DNA of 27,768 nt from a virus (Duplodnaviria > Caudoviricetes). The translations under genes and the position numbers were made by a program. Positions 8,072 to 16,720 of the stretch are shown piece by piece (the stretch's first letter is position 1; each line of letters begins with the position of its first letter). Under the pieces are notes generated by a model. It worked only from the letters and a program-made list of their open reading frames with translations. It was not told the origin of the DNA and searched no databases. Location: positions 1 through 27,768 of the IMG/VR virus record IMGVR_UViG_3300032243_000061. One strand, given 5' to 3'.

Positions 8072-11000
8072 ATGGCTTGGACACCACCTTCCGATGCTGT
8101 AGTAGTGCAGCCTACAAACGATGCGCCCGTCGAAGGATGGAAACCGCCTAGTGATGCTGTAGCCGTTAAAGCTCAAGCTCCGGCATGGACACCGCCTACT
8201 GATGCAGTAGTTGCTGAAGCACCTTCTTCTGGTTCTCCTATGGGGGAAGATTTAGGTGCGGCAATCATGGGCGAGGCAGCACCCCGCTCACCAAAAACTT
8301 TTACTGGCAGTGTCTTTGACACCGAGCCGTTTAACCCTGCGCTATCCCCAGAAGAAGCCACGCGGTTATCTCGTCGTGCTTACGCCGAGCAGACTACAAA
8401 ACCCGCCCGTCGACTACCACCAGAAATGACGCCGTCGCCAGAGTATGTGGGGCGTGACCGCACAGCAGATGAAGTTGCTCTTGATCTTACGGCGGCGCTA
8501 TCTAAAGGCACTGCCGGTTTCTTTAAAGGTATCCTAAACAATCTTCCGGGAGACCCCGGCACCGCTTTGTTTGAAGGTATTGAACAAAGGGCTGAACGCG
8601 CTGTATCGCCAATAACAAAAGGATCAGAGATAGCACGTCAAGGGGCTATTTCTCGTGCGCAACAGCTAGAAGGCGAAGTAGGCGCGGCTAGAGCAACGTA
8701 CCAAACTATGTTTACCCCTGCTGGTATGCAAGTCATAATGCAGGGCGCAGGTTCTATCATTCCGTCGGTTGGTTTGAGCTTAGTTGGGCTTAGTGCCAAA
8801 GCAGTAACTGCCGCTAATATGCTATCCAACGCTGGCGATGCGGCAGTTCAGTCGGCTGAACAACTGAAACAAATTTCACCGCAAGAGTGGAGCAAGAACG
8901 AGGTATATCGTAGTCTGCGTGATTCGGGGCTATCGCACCGCGATACTGTAAACATGCTCGCCCCAATATACGCTGTTCCTTCGCAAGCATTTGGCGCTAT
9001 TACTGGGGCAATATCTGGTTCAACTGGTCTTGAGAAAGCTCTTATTGGTGGGGCTAAAAAAGGTTTGCTATCTTCCGCTAAACGCGCTGGTGCCGAGCTG
9101 CTTGGTGAAGAAGTTGAAAGCGTCGTACCTCAGTTTGTTGGTAACTTGGTTGCTAGTACTATCGACCCCAAGATTACTGCTACACAAGGGCTTGGACAGA
9201 CTGCAGTTGAGACTGCGTTTGGCACACTACCCGGTGCATCTCTAGCTGCGTTACCTTCTAAGAGAACCAACGCTTTAAATTCGTACGCGCAAAGCAAGGG
9301 CTATGCTGACGTACAAGACATGATTCGCAAGGTTGTCCCTACTGCTGGTCGCAAGGCAGTTGAAGAAGAACTTATTGATGCGTTAGATAGAGAAGCAGAT
9401 GAGCGCGAAATAGCCGACCAAGAAGCCGCCGCCGAGCGCGAAGCAATTCAAGCACCTCCAGTTGAGATAACTCCACTAGAAGGCCCAGAGCCTCCTGATA
9501 TCTTTAAACCTCCAGTAGACGGAATACCAACGCCTACCAAGCCTACGCCTACACCTGCGCCCGTAGAAGAATCACTGCTTGGTGCAATGGATATAACTGA
9601 TCCACAGAAAACCCCAATGTTTAAGTACATAACTGGGGTAAATAAAACGCTGGATAGTTTTTACAACAATTTATATAGCAAAGACCCATTACAACTACCA
9701 GATGACCTTAGAACTACACGTTATATTTTAGACGGCGTTAACGATGCCATGTCTACTATTCAAGATCGTTTGGTAAATTGGGATCACCCCGCTATTACTG
9801 GCGCGACTGAATCCGACCGCCGAATGGGGAAAGCAAGAGCAACTGCGGAAGAACGCGAACTTCTTAGCGCTGCTAGTAATCTAAGCGCTATCGGCACTAG
9901 GCTTGCTAACCAATCAATGGCTCTCTATAAGGGCTACAAAGGTAAAAAAGCAGGTAGCCAAGCAAAGATTGACGCTGCAGAAAAAGAACTCCAAAAAGAA
10001 TTTGCTCATGCTATTAACCTTTTAGATGCGCGTGGTCTTTTAAGCGAAGAAGAATCTAAAGAATGGCGGGCTACACGGGCGGCTATGCCACAAGAAGCAC
10101 TCCCAGAGCCAAAGGAAAGAATTGATGAGTTATTAGACGAGCGCTATCCATTTTTAGCTGAAGAGCCACCACAACAGGTGCCAGTCGATAAGCCTGCACC
10201 GATTACAGATTTATTTACGCCTGAGACACCAGAAGATTCAACGACACCTAAACCTGTAGAAGACAAGCCCTACTTTGGTAGCGAAGAAATCAATGCTCTC
10301 GGCGACAAAATTAAAGATGCTATTAACACCATTACAAACGATTTTATGGTCGGTGACTTAGTACGCTACGGTAATACAAGCGGCACGGTTATTGGTACTG
10401 ACGATACACATGTGAAATTGCATCCTGATGGGGCTAAGTCTCCAAAGGCGTTTTACCGCGTGCCCAAAGCCCGCGTTGAGCTTGTTGCTAGACCTGACAC
10501 CACTTCTAAGAGTGCTGCTATGGCTATGTCTGGCGAAGATAAGAAGTTTGGGTCTGAGCAAGGGAAGCTCAACGCCGACATGGGCGGCTTAATTCAGTTG
10601 CTTGGCGCAAACATGTATGCGGCAAGTATTGCCGAAGTAACCGTAAAAGAATTACTGCAAAACTCTTTCGACGCAGTAAAGGGTGCTGTATCTAGTAAGA
10701 AAGCCCCATCGCTCTATAAGCATGGTGAGATTACGATTACTTTTGATGATAACGAGCGCACTATTACCATACAAGATAACGCACGAGGTATGACACCTGA
10801 GATTGTGCGTGATGCGTTCTTCACAGTTGCAGGTTCAGATAAATCTGACTTAGCCCCGGAAGATAGAAGCGGTGGTCTTGGTCTTGCAAAGATGGGTTTC
10901 ATGCTTGGCGCTGAGCGCTTAATTCTAAGTACCGTACGTGATGGCGTACGTGTGACTGTAGATACTACATCCAAGGATATTGCTAACAGCAAATTTCAAA

Positions 11001-14000
11001 TTGTTAAAAAGCCTGCACCCAAAGGTGAGCATGGTACGACTGTTACCGTTAAGATTCCTGAGTACTACGTTGATCCAAAGACTGGCGAGAAGAAAGATAT
11101 CTATTTCTCCGCTAACCCAGAATACTACGACGTCTTAGAAAAGCCTTTAATTGGCCCTGTTACTGTAAAAACAATACGCAAGCGTACGTTTGACAGTGAA
11201 GAAAAAACACTTCCAGTTGGGTTAGATTTCCCTGCGGATAAGTACTTACCATTTAAGGTTAACTTTAATTGGGGCAGTGCTGATATCTACTTTGCTAAAG
11301 AACGAAATTCGGGCCCTTCCTATTCAATAAAACATCAGGTTTTATCGTCTGGCGTGTATCAGTTTAATGCTGAGTTTAAATTAGGCGACGAAAGAATCCC
11401 CTATGACATTATTGTCAACATAAAACCTAATGTAGAGGCTAAGCACCCAGACTACCCATTTGAAAATAGCCGGGAACGCTTTAAAAAGCGTTTAGAAGAA
11501 GACATTACTTCAATGGGCGCATACCTTGCGCAGATAGCGCATGGCAATGAAGCTGCTGATCTACAAGAAAACTTTAAAAACATCGTATCAATGCCTCGCG
11601 TTGATGTTGGGCAAGACATTGCTGATACCACTAATAAACTGCAGAAATCTTTTGATCGCAGGGGCATAGTGGAACGCCGTGAATTACCGCCAATGCCGGG
11701 AGAAGTATGGGTTACAGGTCCTTTAGTTGTAACTGATGGTGGTAAGGTACTTGCTGACACTGCTAAGGAAGCAGAGAAACAGACTAAAGGGTCGTTTCAA
11801 GCTGAGCAAGCTGCGCCTGAGATGGAGGATTTCTTGCTAAACATGGCGCAGAATCCAAATCAGCCAATCTTTCACAACAATACCAACGTAGATTTCTTAG
11901 AAATCGGTCGTCAATACGGAAAACCGGAACGATTCTTTGCCGAACTCGGCACAGTTATGGTTGAGATGAAAGAGGCACTCGCCAATAGTGGCATGTATGG
12001 CTACGACAAACTCAAGCCAGAAAACTTGTTCTTTGGTGGTGTCTCTATAGATAAGAAGTATGGCGGTGTGCATATCAAAGTACCGTACAAGGCGGTGCTG
12101 ATTAATCCGTTCTACGACTTTGGCGCTAAGACTTTGTTTGGTGCCCGCGAGTATTTGTGGGAAACTATGACGCACGAGATGGCTCACACAGGTGACATGG
12201 GTCACGGCGTAGGTCACAACACGCACATGTTAAAAGTGCGTCAATATCTTGCAGATGAAGGTTTAGCAGATTACTTCCGTGACGCGCTCATGGAGATTTT
12301 GACTAAACACGAGTCAGCTTTTACAGCAATGAGGGAAGCATATGGACGATCAACAACTAAAAACACTGCAAAGTCTCTTGAGGACTACGGAAAAGGTTCC
12401 GCCTCAGCATCGGATGGAAGCGCTACAAGTCGCAGCGAGGACTCAATTCGGCCTCTACCAGCAGGAAGGGGATCAGGAGGGTATGGCGATATACGAGCCG
12501 CTAGTGCTGCTAACCCAACAAGCGGAATCCCCAGAGCAGCTGGAAGCACTAGTCCAGACAGCGTAAAAGGTCTAAACCAAGATGTAGTCGATGCGATCAA
12601 CCGCAACGACGTCAATGCAACACTGCGTGCAATTTCACGCAATACATCAGGGCTCTACGCAGAGCTTGCGCGTCGGTTGGCTGAACTTAATTTGCCGACA
12701 AGCATTGTTTTTAATAACGAACGCGCACTGGTACGGCAACTAATTGATGACAGTTCCGCACAGCAACAGATTCGGTTGTTCGCATACTTAAGCCGTGTTG
12801 CGCCTGAAGTCTACGAAAAGTACTTTAAAGACTACGACAAGTCTGAAAATCTTGAGCGCGTCAATGAAGGGCTGACCAAACTCGGTGGCATTGACACAAA
12901 CCCAGTGAATACCGAACTGGCTGCAGTTAAAGAAGCCTATCGTAAAAACATAACAGGCTTAACAGCACCGGGGTTCTTTGCGCCGACAATGGATGCTATT
13001 AACATCCGTCCCAACCCTATTCTTGGTTCAGATAACCGTGTTGTGCTACATGAGATTGTGCATGCGGCTACTGAGTTCATGTTGTATGGACAACTTGGCA
13101 ACCTAACCACCGAACAACTTCAAGCCGTTGCAGACATCTACGAGATGTATGACTACGCCCAATCTAAACTACCACCCGGAGACTACGGGTTTACTAGCAT
13201 CTCTGAGTTTGTTGCCGAGATAATGACCAACCAAGGTTTCCAAAACAAACTTAAGGCTATCCCATACCCTGCTAGAAAAACATCAGTACTAAATTCGTTC
13301 GTTAATTTTGTCGCTAACTTATTTGGATTTAAGAACTTGACTGGTGCGGCAATGTCGGCGGTTAACGATATTTTGTCTCCACATCGTCCTTCTGTTGTGA
13401 AGGCAGGGCCGCTACGCTTTGCTACAAACCCTCCCAAGAAGCGTGTGCGTGGGCCAATCAGTAAACCAGATACATGGCGAACTGCAGAAAAAGTAGAAAC
13501 TACTATTAAAGAAGAAATTTCCAATGCCACTAAAGGTCGTATACCACTAGGTACGGCTTTAAAAGATTTGACCGGTGCGCTATGGAGTGCTAGTGGTTCT
13601 GGTGTTCGTTTTCTAATACTACCAGTACTAAATTTACGGCAGCTTAAAGATTTGACCCGCACAAAGTTTCCGCAACTTACGGGCGCGGTAGATATTGTTG
13701 AAAAAATGGTAGCGTATCGCGGACAGCGGATTAAAGTTGCCGAAAAGATTGTGCAGACATGGGGGCCTTTACAGGACAAGTATCCAAAACAATCGTCTTT
13801 AATGTCGCGCATCATGTTGGAATCTACCATACGTGCGCGTGACCCCGATGCTGGAGTCCCTGCAGGCGGCGTACCCGACGCCCTTGACAATGCGTATGCT
13901 GCTTTGCGCCCTGAGTTCAAACAACTCTATCGTGAAGTACGAGATTTCTTCGGTACTCAAGTAACTGAAATGGTTCGCACCATGAAACAGCGTGCGTTGG

Positions 14001-16525
14001 GTTTGCCTAAAGCACAGCGTCAAGAAATGATACGTAAAATCAACGATCAATTTGGTCCCGGCAAACTAGTATTCCCGTACTTCCCACTACGTCGTTTTGG
14101 AGATAACTGGTTTCAAATTGGCAAGGGGCCTAACAAAGAGTTTTATACCTTTTCAAACTCATTCAGCCGCAACCTTTCGTTTAACAAGCGTCGTCGGCAG
14201 TTGATGGCTGGCAATGCTCAACAAAAAGCAGCCGCAGATACTATGCGTATGGGTAATGGCATATCTGAGTTGTATTCTCAAAACATTGCTACAACCCAAG
14301 TGCTACGTGACCTTGAGGACACAATTAACAGTCTGACTGCTACAGATGTAGCAGGCATCAAGTCTGAGATAAAAGACAGTCTTAACCAACTCGTCTATAT
14401 GCTATTGCCACAACAAAGCATGCGTAAGATGTTTATTAACCGTCGGGCTGTCCAAGGTGCTAGCAGTGACATGTTGCGTGTGTTTGCTCAGACTTCCGTG
14501 CGTAGTGCATATCAGATGGCTAGGTTTAAGTACGCCGAGCCTTTTGTCAACAACATAAACAACGCCCGTGACCATATTGATAGTATGGAGTCGGCGCATG
14601 CCATAACTCCTCAACAGGGTGGGGTATACCGTGACTACGTGTTGGAGTTGGAAAAGCGCACCAAAGTTATTCTTGGTGTTGAAGATAAGAGCGCAATAGC
14701 TCAATCCGTTGGCGCTATTACAGGCACTACGTTTTTCTTCATGCTGTCGGCTCCTGCTAGTGCGTTGCTTAACATTCTCGGTATGGCGCAACTTACAATG
14801 CCATATATCGGCGGTCGTTATGGCTACGCTAAGACTAATGTAAAAATGCTTAAGTACTTGGCGCTTTATGGGTTGTCTATGCCCGAGCGTTCGCTAGCGC
14901 CTTTGATGCGCGGTAATTTTGCACAGGTATCATTTCCATCTATTGTGGAGAGTAGCATTCTGGCTACGATGGACCCGATTGTGCAACGTGCGGCTAAGCG
15001 TTTTGTAGACGATGGAGACATTAACATCTCCATGACTAACGACATTTTTGATCTTAGCGAAAACCCATCGGCGCTCTACACTGGATACACTAATACCGCC
15101 AAGAAACTTTTGGCTGGCGTATTTCATCAAGCAGAACGACTTAATCGTGAGATTTCGTTACTTACTGTATTTGAATTGGCGTACGACAAGTTTACAAAAC
15201 AACCTAAACGCAATATCCGTGGTGTGGTTGAGCGCGATAATTCTGGTAAGCCTGTGATGAATAAACCAAGCGAAGCGTTTGAACTTGCGTTGCAAGAAGC
15301 TCGTGATATTGGAGGCTTAACGCTTGGTGACTATACCCGCCAAACAAAAGGACGCATCTTTGCGGAAATTCCTACGCTAAATGTAGTCGCTCAATTTAAG
15401 CAATACGCTATCGGTGCTACATATAACATACTACGCAATACTTACTTATCTGTCGGTGCTCCATTCCGTAAGGCTGAGATTGAGCAGTTCCGTCAAGAAA
15501 TGATTAAAGATGGTTTGCCACCAACGATAATTGACCAGCGCCTAGATGAGGCCGAGCAGATTCGTAAAGAAACATATCGCGAAGGTATGAAGCGTCTTGC
15601 GGGTATCCTCGGTATGTCGTTCTTGTTCGGTGGTATAGCTGCTCAGCCGTTCTTCTCCATGCTCGGTCAGCTCATTCAGATGTTTGCACCAGATGACGAT
15701 GACGAGTTCTTTGATTGGGAGAACTGGTTCTACAACTACATGGAGAATGAAGTTGGTGGTTCAGCCGCAGCAATCTTTAAGAAGATGGGCATGGACGCCG
15801 AGAAATCCGAGAAAGCTGGCGTTGCCCTTGGCGAAGCGCTTGCACGCGGACCTGTTGCTACTATGACTGGAACATCGCTTGCTGATCGTGTTAGTTTGGA
15901 TTTGAAAAACCTCTGGTGGCGCGAGGGTCGGTATTCTCCTGATGCGCGGCAATCATTACAGCAAGACATTATTGCTAACATCGGTCCAACTGTTGGGCTA
16001 GGGCTAAACTGGGCAGATGCTTGGCAGTTGGCAGGTGAAGGTCAGTGGGGTCGTGCGTTTGAAAAAGCTGCCCCTGCTATGTTTAGCAAAGCTGCTACTG
16101 CGTATCGTCTTGGAGATGAAGGTGCTACATCTAGTGGTGGTGAAGTTATTGGCGGGCTCTACCCAGAACAGTTCACTACATGGGAACTGGGGATGCAGGC
16201 TATTGGTCTACAGCCAGAGAAACTTGCACAGGCACAGAAGGCTGCTATCCAAGCCAAAACTTATGAGCAAAAAATCTTAGACCGACGCAACTCGTTACTT
16301 GACCGTCTATGGATGGAACGTGGCAAGCCTAGTTATGCAGATGCGTTGCAAAAATCGAATGAGTTTTCTTTAAAGTACCCAGAGGTTGCTATCGACGGCG
16401 ATGCTGTTTCTAACTCGTTCGATGCTCGTGCAGAAGCTAAAGCACAAGCCGAAGCAATCGGCGCAAAGTTAAATGGGAAGATGCTAGGGCGCACCGCTCC
16501 TATGTTGCGCTACGGTATGCAGTAA
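8072..16525 (+). CDS. Giant polyvalent internal virion protein: KOW-like, GHKL ATPase, two HExxH zincin domains and a PLxRFG-type C-terminal region
   Basis: 2817 aa, last gene of the structural arm. GHKL boxes: KELLQNSFDA (10646-10675), QDNARGM (10772-10792), GGLGLA (10871-10888), HGTT (11030-11041). Zincin motifs: HEMAH-x5-H (from 12173) and HEIVH...SEFVAE (13049-13219). YFPLRRFG at 14078-14101. Confidence 0.8.
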   Translation: MAWTPPSDAVVVQPTNDAPVEGWKPPSDAVAVKAQAPAWTPPTDAVVAEAPSSGSPMGEDLGAAIMGEAAPRSPKTFTGSVFDTEPFNPALSPEEATRLSRRAYAEQTTKPARRLPPEMTPSPEYVGRDRTADEVALDLTAALSKGTAGFFKGILNNLPGDPGTALFEGIEQRAERAVSPITKGSEIARQGAISRAQQLEGEVGAARATYQTMFTPAGMQVIMQGAGSIIPSVGLSLVGLSAKAVTAANMLSNAGDAAVQSAEQLKQISPQEWSKNEVYRSLRDSGLSHRDTVNMLAPIYAVPSQAFGAITGAISGSTGLEKALIGGAKKGLLSSAKRAGAELLGEEVESVVPQFVGNLVASTIDPKITATQGLGQTAVETAFGTLPGASLAALPSKRTNALNSYAQSKGYADVQDMIRKVVPTAGRKAVEEELIDALDREADEREIADQEAAAEREAIQAPPVEITPLEGPEPPDIFKPPVDGIPTPTKPTPTPAPVEESLLGAMDITDPQKTPMFKYITGVNKTLDSFYNNLYSKDPLQLPDDLRTTRYILDGVNDAMSTIQDRLVNWDHPAITGATESDRRMGKARATAEERELLSAASNLSAIGTRLANQSMALYKGYKGKKAGSQAKIDAAEKELQKEFAHAINLLDARGLLSEEESKEWRATRAAMPQEALPEPKERIDELLDERYPFLAEEPPQQVPVDKPAPITDLFTPETPEDSTTPKPVEDKPYFGSEEINALGDKIKDAINTITNDFMVGDLVRYGNTSGTVIGTDDTHVKLHPDGAKSPKAFYRVPKARVELVARPDTTSKSAAMAMSGEDKKFGSEQGKLNADMGGLIQLLGANMYAASIAEVTVKELLQNSFDAVKGAVSSKKAPSLYKHGEITITFDDNERTITIQDNARGMTPEIVRDAFFTVAGSDKSDLAPEDRSGGLGLAKMGFMLGAERLILSTVRDGVRVTVDTTSKDIANSKFQIVKKPAPKGEHGTTVTVKIPEYYVDPKTGEKKDIYFSANPEYYDVLEKPLIGPVTVKTIRKRTFDSEEKTLPVGLDFPADKYLPFKVNFNWGSADIYFAKERNSGPSYSIKHQVLSSGVYQFNAEFKLGDERIPYDIIVNIKPNVEAKHPDYPFENSRERFKKRLEEDITSMGAYLAQIAHGNEAADLQENFKNIVSMPRVDVGQDIADTTNKLQKSFDRRGIVERRELPPMPGEVWVTGPLVVTDGGKVLADTAKEAEKQTKGSFQAEQAAPEMEDFLLNMAQNPNQPIFHNNTNVDFLEIGRQYGKPERFFAELGTVMVEMKEALANSGMYGYDKLKPENLFFGGVSIDKKYGGVHIKVPYKAVLINPFYDFGAKTLFGAREYLWETMTHEMAHTGDMGHGVGHNTHMLKVRQYLADEGLADYFRDALMEILTKHESAFTAMREAYGRSTTKNTAKSLEDYGKGSASASDGSATSRSEDSIRPLPAGRGSGGYGDIRAASAANPTSGIPRAAGSTSPDSVKGLNQDVVDAINRNDVNATLRAISRNTSGLYAELARRLAELNLPTSIVFNNERALVRQLIDDSSAQQQIRLFAYLSRVAPEVYEKYFKDYDKSENLERVNEGLTKLGGIDTNPVNTELAAVKEAYRKNITGLTAPGFFAPTMDAINIRPNPILGSDNRVVLHEIVHAATEFMLYGQLGNLTTEQLQAVADIYEMYDYAQSKLPPGDYGFTSISEFVAEIMTNQGFQNKLKAIPYPARKTSVLNSFVNFVANLFGFKNLTGAAMSAVNDILSPHRPSVVKAGPLRFATNPPKKRVRGPISKPDTWRTAEKVETTIKEEISNATKGRIPLGTALKDLTGALWSASGSGVRFLILPVLNLRQLKDLTRTKFPQLTGAVDIVEKMVAYRGQRIKVAEKIVQTWGPLQDKYPKQSSLMSRIMLESTIRARDPDAGVPAGGVPDALDNAYAALRPEFKQLYREVRDFFGTQVTEMVRTMKQRALGLPKAQRQEMIRKINDQFGPGKLVFPYFPLRRFGDNWFQIGKGPNKEFYTFSNSFSRNLSFNKRRRQLMAGNAQQKAAADTMRMGNGISELYSQNIATTQVLRDLEDTINSLTATDVAGIKSEIKDSLNQLVYMLLPQQSMRKMFINRRAVQGASSDMLRVFAQTSVRSAYQMARFKYAEPFVNNINNARDHIDSMESAHAITPQQGGVYRDYVLELEKRTKVILGVEDKSAIAQSVGAITGTTFFFMLSAPASALLNILGMAQLTMPYIGGRYGYAKTNVKMLKYLALYGLSMPERSLAPLMRGNFAQVSFPSIVESSILATMDPIVQRAAKRFVDDGDINISMTNDIFDLSENPSALYTGYTNTAKKLLAGVFHQAERLNREISLLTVFELAYDKFTKQPKRNIRGVVERDNSGKPVMNKPSEAFELALQEARDIGGLTLGDYTRQTKGRIFAEIPTLNVVAQFKQYAIGATYNILRNTYLSVGAPFRKAEIEQFRQEMIKDGLPPTIIDQRLDEAEQIRKETYREGMKRLAGILGMSFLFGGIAAQPFFSMLGQLIQMFAPDDDDEFFDWENWFYNYMENEVGGSAAAIFKKMGMDAEKSEKAGVALGEALARGPVATMTGTSLADRVSLDLKNLWWREGRYSPDARQSLQQDIIANIGPTVGLGLNWADAWQLAGEGQWGRAFEKAAPAMFSKAATAYRLGDEGATSSGGEVIGGLYPEQFTTWELGMQAIGLQPEKLAQAQKAAIQAKTYEQKILDRRNSLLDRLWMERGKPSYADALQKSNEFSLKYPEVAIDGDAVSNSFDARAEAKAQAEAIGAKLNGKMLGRTAPMLRYGMQ
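8078..8209 (+). repeat. Three copies of the peptide repeat W[TK]PP[ST]DAV at the N-terminus of the giant protein
   Basis: Copies at 8078-8101, 8138-8161 and 8186-8209. They are in frame and diverge mainly at synonymous positions. Confidence 0.9.
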
Positions 16526-16720
16526 TTACCTACGCCAGACGCGTAGTCCCTTGATGCCGTCTTCAATGACGGCTTTTATTGCCACCCTAAACCCAAGCCG
16601 CTTAGTCACGGCTCGGATTGTGGTTTTACTTTCTTCTATTCTTAGGCACGGTATAAAGAACGACGTGCCTCTCTTAAACCTACGCCAGTTAATGTTGTAG
16701 TCAAGGTCATTTATCCTCAT
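16526..16720 (-). CDS. Small basic hypothetical protein (GxRVWR-ending phage family, putative DNA-binding)
   Basis: Probable start ATG 16720 (MRINDLDYNINW..F..G.SFFIPC...GIKGLRVWRR), 64 aa, overlapping the primase stop. Confidence 0.75.
   Translation of the reverse strand: MRINDLDYNINWRRFKRGTSFFIPCLRIEESKTTIRAVTKRLGFRVAIKAVIEDGIKGLRVWRR

Noticed and set aside
13183-13920. 245-aa antisense ORF inside the giant gene, and similar antisense ORFs such as 2180-2719, 14402-14791 and 19776-20243
   Set aside because: They lie wholly or almost wholly opposite well-supported genes and have no recognisable motifs. They are best explained as shadow ORFs from codon bias.
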